From Promethearchaeota archaeon (GTDB lineage Archaea; Asgardarchaeota; Hermodarchaeia; Hermodarchaeales; Hermodarchaeaceae), in NCBI GenBank assembly GCA_048939245.1, contig JBHLPR010000004.1, positions 1 through 64,000 on the forward strand: a stretch of 64,000 bases of DNA. The letters run 5' to 3'. Position numbers and translations under genes: made by a program. Below the pieces are notes generated by a model. The model was given only the letters and a program-made list of their open reading frames with translations. It ran no database searches and was not told where the DNA came from. This document shows, in pieces, positions 27,045 through 36,052 of the stretch (positions within the stretch are counted from its first letter, which is position 1; the number at the start of each line of letters is the position of its first letter).

Positions 27045-28091
27045 GTGGCACGGCTTCCAAAAGACAAAGACTTTATCGAAACCAAAGAGGGATTATTTTT
27101 TACTGTTGTGGGATATTTGCATCCCCCAAATGCATATACTGCATACTTGAAGTACCGTCCGGATTCAAAGGGCAAATGGGAACGGGGAGGTGTTCGGTAC
27201 CAGCGGATGATGCAAGTGTATAGTGCTGCTGAAGTGCAATCCAGCAGTAGTTGGTTACTGAAACATTTTCCTGAATACATCAAACTTGATCCAGTACGAG
27301 GGATTAAACTGCCATTGGTTCCTTGGGAGAATACTGTTGCTTATTATTTACCTGAGGTACGAATGGCTGAGATACTCCGCGATCCGCAAGATCCGCTGGA
27401 ATCAAAGGCGAAGGCGTTGGTTACTCTGCTATCCGAAGCCAGTGGAGTTGACTTGAGCAGGTTTGGTGTTTCCGGATCGATTCTTTTAGAAATTCATAAT
27501 CCAATGTTTTCCGATATTGATTTGCTCGTGTATGGATTAGAGAATGTGCAACGTGTTCGGGATGTGATGGACGAGTTATTTGGAGAGAATAAGGTCAAGC
27601 CCTACTCAGGGGAAGAGGTTCAATCATGGCAATTGCGGCAGGTAAGGATACTGGGAGTTCCTGCTCGCTACGCAGAACAAATTGCGTGGTCACATTGGCA
27701 ACGTGGACGATTTGGAAAAACAGCTTTTTCGATAGGTGCAGTTCGAATGGATGGGGAAATCATGAACCAATATGGAGCTGAAACCTATTCGCCGGTAGAA
27801 GCTGTTGAATTCACAGCCACGATTATTGAGGATGAGGAAAACCTCTTTGTGCCAGCCCGATATTTAGTGGGTGATATCAACATGGAGGAGGGTTATACAG
27901 AATTACCTGCGTTAACGGAAGTAATTTCATTTGAAGGAGTGTTTGCAGCAGTTTTCAACAAAGGTGACCGGGTTAGGATCCGTGGAATGGTGGAGGCGGT
28001 TCGTGACGAGAAGGAGAATATCCTTCGAAACCATGTGATTGTTGGCACCTTGTCTTCGCAGGGTTGGATTGTGCGGCTTACTTCGGCATAA
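27045..28091 (+). CDS. Predicted Pol-beta-superfamily nucleotidyltransferase (COG1665-like), copy 2
   Basis: DKDFIETKEGLFFTVVGYLHPP, GVSGS...SDIDLLVYG, FVPARY. Confidence 0.82.
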   Translation: MARLPKDKDFIETKEGLFFTVVGYLHPPNAYTAYLKYRPDSKGKWERGGVRYQRMMQVYSAAEVQSSSSWLLKHFPEYIKLDPVRGIKLPLVPWENTVAYYLPEVRMAEILRDPQDPLESKAKALVTLLSEASGVDLSRFGVSGSILLEIHNPMFSDIDLLVYGLENVQRVRDVMDELFGENKVKPYSGEEVQSWQLRQVRILGVPARYAEQIAWSHWQRGRFGKTAFSIGAVRMDGEIMNQYGAETYSPVEAVEFTATIIEDEENLFVPARYLVGDINMEEGYTELPALTEVISFEGVFAAVFNKGDRVRIRGMVEAVRDEKENILRNHVIVGTLSSQGWIVRLTSA

Positions 28092-28187
28092 ACTATTAGC
28101 TGTTTTTTGCTGCTTTGGACTTCAGCAAGAGATTTATTAAAGGTAATCAGTTATCGGTGGCATTCATAAGTGGAGTGTCGAAAAACA

Positions 28188-28586
28188 ATGCCTAGCTTGG
28201 AAGTTGTGTTACTGACCGGTCGGACTCGCCGTCAAGGTGTCGGTCTTGAGGCTGGAAAACTAAGCGATATTTACCATGAGGCAACAACTCAGATTCGCCT
28301 TGATCCGACGGACTTGGAGAAACTTAAGATAGAACCTGGTGATATCGTAGAGGTTACCACAGAGCATGGCACTGTAGTACTTCGGGCAGAACTTGCACCT
28401 CGCCCCAGTGAGGGTATGGGTTTTATTCCATATGGTCCTTGGGCGAATTGCGTTATTAGTGGAGATACAGATAGCACAGGTATGCCGACTATGAAAGGCT
28501 TGAAGGCAAAAGTGACTCCAGCGCCAGACAAGCAGGTATTGACCTTGCAGGAATTGTTTGCGCATATACGCAATTCTAGAGCTTAG
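28188..28586 (+). CDS. fwdD: Formylmethanofuran dehydrogenase subunit D
   Basis: LLTGRT..QG, FIPYGPWAN, TGMPTMKG. Confidence 0.92.
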   Translation: MPSLEVVLLTGRTRRQGVGLEAGKLSDIYHEATTQIRLDPTDLEKLKIEPGDIVEVTTEHGTVVLRAELAPRPSEGMGFIPYGPWANCVISGDTDSTGMPTMKGLKAKVTPAPDKQVLTLQELFAHIRNSRA

Positions 28587-28618
28587 TATGATGGCATTCC
28601 ACTAAGTTTGGGATATTC

Positions 28619-30802
28619 ATGATTACAGTCATCATTCTAAGTCTCGCAATTTTCATTGGGTTGTTAGCGATTCTGGTTGCTATTTTGTTTTATCGACTAG
28701 TAATGCGTGAAGATGAAGGAAATGAAAAGATGCGAGAAGTGAGTAACCTCATTGAAGAAGGCGCCCACTCGTTTCTATCGGTCCAATATCGGATTCTTGC
28801 CTTTTTCACAATCGTAATGGCTGTGATTATTGCTGTAGCTGAGTTTTTCTTTGGATCGGCAACTCTTATTTCCATTGCGCTAGCAACGGCCGTATCCTTT
28901 ATCATAGGATGTTTAGCTAGCATGCTTGCTGGATATATTGGTATGATGGTTGCGACGCGAGCAAACCGCCGCACAGCAGCAGCAGCGGAAGCTGGAGGCA
29001 TGAAACCAGCTTTTCGAGTAGCTTTCCGAGCTGGATCCGTCATGGGCCTAATTATCAGCGGAATAGCACTTTCGGGAATTGCAGCCTTGTACATGCTCTG
29101 GAATTTTGTTTTTCCTTTTCTCGGAGTCGAAGGTGAAGTTGCTCTGTGGGAGATTATCGTTGGTTTTTCATTCGGTGCTAGCAGTGTGGCTTTATTCGCA
29201 AGAGCTGGAGGAGGAATTTTCACAAAAACGGCGGATGTTGCAGCCGACATTGTTGGAAAAGTAGATTACGATATTCCAGAAGACGATCCACGAAATCCAG
29301 CAGCGATTGCAGATGCAGTCGGAGATAATGTGGGTGACGTTGCCGGAACAGGAGCAGATATTTTTGACAGTAACATTGCTGCAATTTTAGCAGCATCAAT
29401 TTTAGGTGCTACAATCGACCTAGCACTTTCTAATAACGGGATCAGCCCAATAATTCCGTATGGAATGGTTCCACTTCTAATTACAACCTTAGGTGGGATT
29501 GCAGCTGTTATTGGAGTTTTCACGGTTCGTACAAGTGAGAGTTGCGAGCCGGATTGTTCAATCAATCATGGAACTTATTATTCGACTATTCTGTTTGGAG
29601 TACTTGTGGTAATTGTCTTATTCCTTCTTCAGATACCCATTGTAATTGCTGTTGCGGGTATACTTGGGCTTTTAGCCGGAGTTCTTATCGGATTCGTCTC
29701 AGATATCTTTACTAACAATTATGGGCTAGGACGATTTCAACCTGTACAGAGTATGATAAGATCTGCAGAAACAAGCACTGGAACCTTAGCATTATCTGGT
29801 TATTCATATGGTCTTCTAAGCGTTGTTCCTTCAGTAGTGGGAATTGCAGTTGCACTGGTAGCTGCTTTTACTCTTGGAACCCTAATTCCTATCCCTGGAC
29901 CAATTGGGTTCTGGCAGGCTGGTGTTTTTTCAGTATCGATTGCCGCCGTTGGATTACTTGCCACAAATGGTCTAGTAGTGAGTGCAGATGCTTATGGACC
30001 AATTGTAGATAATGCGCGGGGTATCATTGAGCAATCCGGAGCATCAAAAGAAGCAATAGAAGAATGCGATAAACTGGATGCAATTGGAAACACTACTAAG
30101 GCGATCACAAAAGGTTTTGCCATCGGTGCTTCAGCGTTATCAGTTTTTGCACTTTTTGCAGCCTATATTCAGCTCGCTTCTCAATTAAGCGGTACGGTCA
30201 TTTACATCGACCTTTTGAATCCCATTGTGCTTGCAGGAGCGTTAATTGGAGGTATACTGCCAGCCGCGTTCTCAGCGATTTTAATTCTGGGTGTTCAAAA
30301 AAATGCTGACAAACTTATTCATGAGATCCATCGACAATTCCGAGATGAGCCAGGAATTCTCCAAGGAACAGTCAAGCCAAATTATGAGCGGGGGATCAAA
30401 ATTTCTACTCAAGGCGCCTTACGCGAACTTCTACCAGCCACTATCATCGCCATCATCACCACAATTATTACAGGAATCATCTTGGGCCTCGAAGCACTTG
30501 CCGCCTATCTTGCGGGTGCAGTTATTGTTGGACTCATCCTTGCCTTATTCATGGATAACGCAGGTGGAGCTTGGGATAACGCCAAGAAATTCATCGAATC
30601 CCCTGCTTACGATCACGATAAGCCTAACTACCATAAAATACATTCAGCATCAGTAGTTGGCGACACCATAGGTGATCCATTCAAAGACACCGCTGGACCC
30701 TCCATCAATACTCTTCTCGCTCTCACAAGTCTCACAGCCACCATCTTCTTACCGCTAATTTGGACTGGACATCTGTGGATAATCCTACTCTTGTTTCCAT
30801 AG
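28619..30802 (+). CDS. hppA: Membrane-bound pyrophosphatase, K+-independent H+-translocating type
   Basis: GGGIFTKTADVAADIVGK, PEDDPRNP, DAVGDNVGD, DAYGPIVDNA, GNTTKA (Lys determinant), GDPFKDTAGP. Confidence 0.95.
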   Translation: MITVIILSLAIFIGLLAILVAILFYRLVMREDEGNEKMREVSNLIEEGAHSFLSVQYRILAFFTIVMAVIIAVAEFFFGSATLISIALATAVSFIIGCLASMLAGYIGMMVATRANRRTAAAAEAGGMKPAFRVAFRAGSVMGLIISGIALSGIAALYMLWNFVFPFLGVEGEVALWEIIVGFSFGASSVALFARAGGGIFTKTADVAADIVGKVDYDIPEDDPRNPAAIADAVGDNVGDVAGTGADIFDSNIAAILAASILGATIDLALSNNGISPIIPYGMVPLLITTLGGIAAVIGVFTVRTSESCEPDCSINHGTYYSTILFGVLVVIVLFLLQIPIVIAVAGILGLLAGVLIGFVSDIFTNNYGLGRFQPVQSMIRSAETSTGTLALSGYSYGLLSVVPSVVGIAVALVAAFTLGTLIPIPGPIGFWQAGVFSVSIAAVGLLATNGLVVSADAYGPIVDNARGIIEQSGASKEAIEECDKLDAIGNTTKAITKGFAIGASALSVFALFAAYIQLASQLSGTVIYIDLLNPIVLAGALIGGILPAAFSAILILGVQKNADKLIHEIHRQFRDEPGILQGTVKPNYERGIKISTQGALRELLPATIIAIITTIITGIILGLEALAAYLAGAVIVGLILALFMDNAGGAWDNAKKFIESPAYDHDKPNYHKIHSASVVGDTIGDPFKDTAGPSINTLLALTSLTATIFLPLIWTGHLWIILLLFP

Positions 30803-30939
30803 TGAATGCAGAACATTGGGGGATATGGAATAATCGTTGTTATATGATGCCTAGAGGTAAAAAATTACTATTTAAAAAAATAAGACCTAATTGGTCCAAG
30901 AGCCAAGCAGTCATCAGTAATAATTTCCCCAGGAATTAT

Positions 30940-30961
30940 TTCCGAACTAGCTAGTTCGGAA
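30940..30961. repeat. Perfect 22-bp palindrome TTCCGAACTAGCTAGTTCGGAA
   Basis: Read directly in the hppA-CPBP intergenic region. Confidence 0.9.
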
Positions 30962-31072
30962 TCAACTCTTTTTTTCTCATCTAAAATAAGAAATACTAAC
31001 TGCCCGGATTCCATGCATTGAAAAACCCTGATATCGCGTTGGACTTAGCTCTAAGGTTAGGGTCTGATTGTT

Positions 31073-31936
31073 ATGACTGAAAAGACTTTGATACGTAAGC
31101 CCTTATTACCTCCCATTTTGTTAGCAATCTTATTCTTTGTCGTCGCGATGATCTTTCGAATCATCGATATCTTCGTGTTACAACTACATATGACGAATTG
31201 GAGTATTATTCTCTCCAAAGTAATTCCACTTGTCATACTATTTCTCTACGTCGGTATTCTATATCGCACATTTTCAGTTCTTGGGATTCACTTTCGACAT
31301 TTCATTATCAACTTAGTGCTTGGCGTTCTAATTTATCTTGTCTACTTCGTACTCCCCTACTTTCTCGAATATTTCGTTGAAATTGTATTGGGACTCGGTC
31401 CCATATTGAGTTTCACCACAGCACCTGTGATATGGATAGGATATTATGTTGTATTCTACATCATCAATTCCTTCACGGAAGAAGGGATCTTTCGCGGACT
31501 TATGATGCGATGCTTCATGACAAAGACGAATATGAACATCGCTAACATCATTCAAGCACTCTTCTTTGGCTTCTGGCATATTGTTTGGCCTATTAATTCA
31601 TTGCTTAGTGGGTTTATGGACCCAATCAGTGCCACCTGGTATGCAGTATACTATGTGTTATCCTCCTTTGTCTTCGGCATCGTGGCGGGCTATCTGTTCC
31701 AGAAAACTAGCAGTTTATGGGGTCCAATCGTGTTACACACGCTCTGGAATATGACACTCTTCCTGATTAACTATAATTACTTGTTTCCGCCGACCGGTCC
31801 AATGAGCATAATCCTCTATGCTACAACCTTTGGCACAGAAGTTGTTGGTGCAATCATTGGTATCTTAGTTATCCGCTTCATTACTCAACGGCAAAAACTT
31901 CCCAAACTTACTCCCTGGAATACACCCCTACCATAA
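31073..31936 (+). CDS. CPBP family intramembrane metalloprotease
   Basis: TEEGIFRG, FGFWH, VLHTLWN. Confidence 0.9.
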   Translation: MTEKTLIRKPLLPPILLAILFFVVAMIFRIIDIFVLQLHMTNWSIILSKVIPLVILFLYVGILYRTFSVLGIHFRHFIINLVLGVLIYLVYFVLPYFLEYFVEIVLGLGPILSFTTAPVIWIGYYVVFYIINSFTEEGIFRGLMMRCFMTKTNMNIANIIQALFFGFWHIVWPINSLLSGFMDPISATWYAVYYVLSSFVFGIVAGYLFQKTSSLWGPIVLHTLWNMTLFLINYNYLFPPTGPMSIILYATTFGTEVVGAIIGILVIRFITQRQKLPKLTPWNTPLP

Positions 31937-32045
31937 TTCCACAAGTAGCTATGCTGAAAAAATCGTAGTTTGGGCGAACCGCTTAAATGACAGAACTGCA
32001 CTGTAAACCTGCACCCTATGTTAGGTGCTAAATGAGGTTTACACT

Positions 32046-33443
32046 ATGACGACCAAAGATACCGATGCAATCCTCTCTACCCCGCGATCACGAATTACAA
32101 AGCATGTCATTTGTCCGTTTTGCGGTTGCCTCTGTGATGATATCGAAGTTGCAGTAACCTTAACTGGTCCTCTCCCTCGTGTTCCGGAAGGAACGATTGT
32201 AGAAGCATTAAATGCCTGTCGTATTGGACATACCAAATTCCTGAAGGTGCGAGATGAGTATCGGATTTACAAACCTGAAATACGGTCAGGGAAGGATAAA
32301 TCGCAAATTAAACAGGTGTCCTTAGAGGAAGCTGTGAAAGTCGCGGCCAAAATCCTTGCCAATGCAAAACGTCCAGTGATTTATGGATTAGCAAGCACCT
32401 CCAATGAGGCAAATGTGAAGGCCTTAGAGCTTGCAGAGGTTTCAGGTGCAGTCGTCGACAATACTTCTTCGGTGTGCCATGGCCCAGGAATTGAAGCCAC
32501 GCAACGTGTTGGGATTGGCACCTGTACTCTGGGTAAAATCAAAAACTATTCGGATCTGATTGTTTATTGGGGTTGTAATCCGATTGCGGCGCATCCACGG
32601 CATACACGACGGTATTCACAATTTATTGAAGGCTTATTCCAACAGGTGGAAGATCGGAAGGTCTATCATATCGATGCCCGTCCCACACGATTCACTGATC
32701 AGGTTACAAATTCGATTATCGTTGAACCGAACAAGGATTATGAACTGCTGCAGGCAGTCCGAGCACTTCTGCGAGGCAAAGAGCTACAAGCCTCCGAAGT
32801 AGCCGGGGTCCCAATGCGACAAATTCGGGAGTTTACGAACGATCTCAAAAGTGCCAAATTTACCACTATTTTCTTTGGATTGGGATTAACCCAGACCCAC
32901 GGAAAAGACCACAATGTAACGGCAGCTATCGATTTAACCGCAGATTTGAATCATCACACAAAAGCAGTGATTATGCCCTTGCGAGGGCACTTTAACGTTA
33001 CCGGTTCGAATCATGTATCTACATGGACTTACGGTTACCCCTTTTGTATAAGCCTGGAGCATGGAGCCCCTTACTATATGCCCGGAGAAACGAGTGCAGT
33101 TGACGTGTTAGTCCGGGGTGAAGCGGATGCCTTCTTTGCTATCGCAGCGGATCCCGCGGCTTCATTTCCTATGCCCGCTGTGAAAGAAATGATGAAAATC
33201 CCTGTGATTGTTTTGGATCCTAAGCGTTGTGCCACAACTGAGATCGCTGATGTTGTTCTCCCTTCAGCATATGTGGGCATTGAAGCAGATGGAGTGCAAA
33301 CCGCGTATCGAATGGATGGAATTCCCCTTCAATTAGACAAAATCGTTGATGCACCTGCAGGCATCAAAAGTGATGACCAGATTCTCGATATGATTGTTCG
33401 TGAGGTTTGCAAGCTCAAGAAGATCAAACGTTACCCGGAATAA
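32046..33443 (+). CDS. fwdB: Formylmethanofuran dehydrogenase subunit B (Cys form)
   Basis: CPFCGCLCDD, SSVCHGP (TGC, not TGA), WGCNP..AHPRH, PLRGHFNV, AYRMDG. Confidence 0.95.
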   Translation: MTTKDTDAILSTPRSRITKHVICPFCGCLCDDIEVAVTLTGPLPRVPEGTIVEALNACRIGHTKFLKVRDEYRIYKPEIRSGKDKSQIKQVSLEEAVKVAAKILANAKRPVIYGLASTSNEANVKALELAEVSGAVVDNTSSVCHGPGIEATQRVGIGTCTLGKIKNYSDLIVYWGCNPIAAHPRHTRRYSQFIEGLFQQVEDRKVYHIDARPTRFTDQVTNSIIVEPNKDYELLQAVRALLRGKELQASEVAGVPMRQIREFTNDLKSAKFTTIFFGLGLTQTHGKDHNVTAAIDLTADLNHHTKAVIMPLRGHFNVTGSNHVSTWTYGYPFCISLEHGAPYYMPGETSAVDVLVRGEADAFFAIAADPAASFPMPAVKEMMKIPVIVLDPKRCATTEIADVVLPSAYVGIEADGVQTAYRMDGIPLQLDKIVDAPAGIKSDDQILDMIVREVCKLKKIKRYPE

Positions 33444-33444
33444 G

Positions 33445-34134
33445 TCAGTCTTTAAGGTGTTTGCCTAATTTTTCGCAAAGAGTCTGAATTGTTAAACCAT
33501 CGAAAGTGGGAATGATTAAGTCAGCATGAGCAAGATCCTTCGCAGGATTAGTTGTTGTCAGAGCAACACAGGTCATTTGTGCTGATTTTGCTGCGGTAAC
33601 ACCTCTCGGTGAATCTTCAAAGACAAGACATTGCTTAGGTGGAACTACAAGGGTTTTAGCTGCCAAGAGGTAAGGCTCAGGATTGGGTTTAACATGGATT
33701 ACTTGAGTAGCATCGATCACGGGATGTTTGTCTAAAAGTCCAAGGGATTTTAAAGCTGCATTCAAACTGATTGGATGACCTGTGCTAACAAAGGCGATTG
33801 GAATATTCGCTTCGCGTACTGTATCGTAAAAAGAAGAAAATCCAGATACTGATTGGAGCTCACCGTTTTCTACCCGTTCTCGATATCGGATTCGCCGTTG
33901 CATAATTAGTGGTTCAGGGTCCTCGGCGATACCGTTTTCATCAAAAATTGTTGACATAATGACCATAGAGCCAGCACCAAGAAATTTCGTTTTCCACTCG
34001 TTTTCCGTGATCTGAATTTCAAAGGGAGCTAGGATTTCGTTAAATGTCTTTAAATGCAGGAGCTCACTTTCTACCACTACTCCATCAACGTCAAACAGAA
34101 CTGCTGCAATTATTGTAGACGCATCCATGGTCAA
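33445..34134 (-). CDS. HAD family phosphatase (beta-PGM/CbbY-like)
   Basis: FDVDGV, KPNPEPY, FEDSPRG. Confidence 0.92.
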   Translation of the reverse strand: MTMDASTIIAAVLFDVDGVVVESELLHLKTFNEILAPFEIQITENEWKTKFLGAGSMVIMSTIFDENGIAEDPEPLIMQRRIRYRERVENGELQSVSGFSSFYDTVREANIPIAFVSTGHPISLNAALKSLGLLDKHPVIDATQVIHVKPNPEPYLLAAKTLVVPPKQCLVFEDSPRGVTAAKSAQMTCVALTTTNPAKDLAHADLIIPTFDGLTIQTLCEKLGKHLKD

Positions 34135-34144
34135 TCATCCTAAC

Positions 34145-34903
34145 TTATAGATTTAATAGAAAGTCTTCGAGATCATGCAAAGTTCCCGAACCATCGATTC
34201 GGTACTGAGACGCTTCAATACCATTCTTAGCTGAATTCCCGACTTCCTTGGAGAGAATGCCCAGTCTTCCTTTTTCTTGATCCAAATCAACAAGGAATGT
34301 TCGCAACCCCAGTTCTGATGCCGCCATATCGCTGATTGGGTCATTTCCAGCCATAATGCAATCTTCCGGTTTCTGCTGGATTATATCTAGTATGGCTTGA
34401 TAATATTCTGGACGAGGCTTACAATAGGACATATTTTCAGCATGTGTCATTAAAGCGATATCCAAGTCTGAAAGATTGGCCCAGCTGATACGGATTTTAG
34501 TGGCAATTTCAGGAAAGATGGGATTCGTGGCAATAACTATCTGATAGTCTTCGTTCAAGACGCGCTCAAGAAGGGTACGACCATAGGGGACAACACGGAC
34601 AATGGATTTGAGTTGGTCAAAGGATTCTTCATAAAATTTCTGGAAGCGGTTAATACACTCATCATAGCTAAGCGCTGGCGTATCAGCGATGAAATCGTGT
34701 GTGAAAGCAGCGACATTGCTCATACGTCCATCGTTATGAATCATTCGGAGTGTTGATTGCAAGAGCTTCTGAAAGAAATTTGACTCATCGAAATAGTCTT
34801 TCAAATAGGGATACGCGAGTTGGGCGTAGGAGAGAAGAAAGTGGTCTTCATTGAAGAGAACTAAAGTATTGTCGAAGTCAATGAGTAGTGTTTTTATCGC
34901 CAA
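34145..34903 (-). CDS. HAD family hydrolase
   Basis: IDFDNTL, ATNPIFP, CKPRPEYY, AGND..SD. Confidence 0.9.
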   Translation of the reverse strand: MAIKTLLIDFDNTLVLFNEDHFLLSYAQLAYPYLKDYFDESNFFQKLLQSTLRMIHNDGRMSNVAAFTHDFIADTPALSYDECINRFQKFYEESFDQLKSIVRVVPYGRTLLERVLNEDYQIVIATNPIFPEIATKIRISWANLSDLDIALMTHAENMSYCKPRPEYYQAILDIIQQKPEDCIMAGNDPISDMAASELGLRTFLVDLDQEKGRLGILSKEVGNSAKNGIEASQYRIDGSGTLHDLEDFLLNL

Positions 34904-34958
34904 GGAGCTTGCCTCATTGCTTGCAGTTCTGCTTTTCTAATTTAATTTTCTTGATAAT

Positions 34959-35384
34959 CTATTGCTGCAAACCTTTGACATCAATTTTGAGTTTGGATGC
35001 AATATTCGCAATGAAATAGGATACTGCGTAGGGAAGGGCATTGTATTCCTCCTGAAATCCTTCGAAGCTGAGGGAGGCTATTCCCTCATGACCGATGACT
35101 CCAACGGCTCCTTGGTCAGTAATGAAGTATTTGATTTCAGCTAGTTGTCCATTTGCCTCGAGAAGGCTCTTGTATAATTTTGATTTATCAATACTCTTCA
35201 AATCATCAACTTCAACGATTATGATAAAAAATCGCACCCATTTATCGCTGCGGTCAATAATGAGCAGGAAACGGCGATCGTCAATAGTATAGGGAAGAAC
35301 GATTCGATCTTCAGCAGGAATGACACGATAGGTCAGATTCATTTCTTTAAGATAGCTTTCAATTGTCTCCATTGTTTTGGTCAT
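34959..35384 (-). CDS. YbjN-like (T3SS-chaperone fold) protein, copy 2
   Basis: LYKSLLEANGQLAEIKYFITDQGAVGVIGHEG; paralog of the upstream gene. Confidence 0.7.
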   Translation of the reverse strand: MTKTMETIESYLKEMNLTYRVIPAEDRIVLPYTIDDRRFLLIIDRSDKWVRFFIIIVEVDDLKSIDKSKLYKSLLEANGQLAEIKYFITDQGAVGVIGHEGIASLSFEGFQEEYNALPYAVSYFIANIASKLKIDVKGLQQ

Positions 35385-35464
35385 ACTCGTTACCTCCAAT
35401 GGAGTGAACCATCAAGGTTTCAGGCTAATAAAACGTTGCTTCGTTCGTTAAATTTCAGTCTAGC

Positions 35465-35929
35465 CTAGGAGTAGAAGGAAAGTTCGTCCTTGGTTGGTAA
35501 CTTTAAGTGCAGATTCAATTTTTTTGCGATAACAGTGAGAAAATAGGTTATCCCATATGGAATAGCTCGAAATTCTTCGCGAAAGCCGTCCACCGTAAGT
35601 ACCTTGACTCCTTCGTGTCCAACAATCCCCACGTCACCTTTCTCTGTGATGAAGTATTTGACCTCTGCAAGGTGCCCATTTGCCTTCAAAAGCTCCTGGT
35701 AAAGCTCTGTCCGTTTCTTCTCACTCGATATTCTTTCTGCTAGCATTATCAATACCCAAAACCGCAGAAACTGACCTGAAACATCGATTATCACATTGAA
35801 TTTCAAAGAATCCTTTGGCACAGAATAGGGAACCGTAATGCGATGAATCTCACCATTCACTGGTATCACCTCATAAGAGAGATTCATCGATTTTAGATAA
35901 GTCATAACACGGTCGAGGATTTCGGACAT
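35465..35929 (-). CDS. YbjN-like protein, copy 1
   Basis: LYQELLKANGHLAEVKYFITEKGDVGIVGHEG. Confidence 0.7.
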   Translation of the reverse strand: MSEILDRVMTYLKSMNLSYEVIPVNGEIHRITVPYSVPKDSLKFNVIIDVSGQFLRFWVLIMLAERISSEKKRTELYQELLKANGHLAEVKYFITEKGDVGIVGHEGVKVLTVDGFREEFRAIPYGITYFLTVIAKKLNLHLKLPTKDELSFYS

Positions 35930-36010
35930 AACTGTGACTCCGAGAACTCCCAGTGTTTCAACTGAGCCTAAGCCCCTAGAAAAAACTATCTACCACTCAT
36001 ACAAGTGGAG

Positions 36011-36042
36011 AAAAAAGGAGAGGGAGGTGCGATGGGCACCTC
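36011..36042 (-). terminator. Hairpin plus U-tract after the MFS gene
   Basis: GAGGTGC-N5-GCACCTC followed on the minus strand by CCTCTCCTTTTTT. Confidence 0.45.
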
Positions 36043-36052
36043 GTTTGGTCGA

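Noticed and set aside
32476-32481. Selenocysteine in FwdB
   Set aside because: The active-site codon is TGC (Cys); there is no in-frame TGA.
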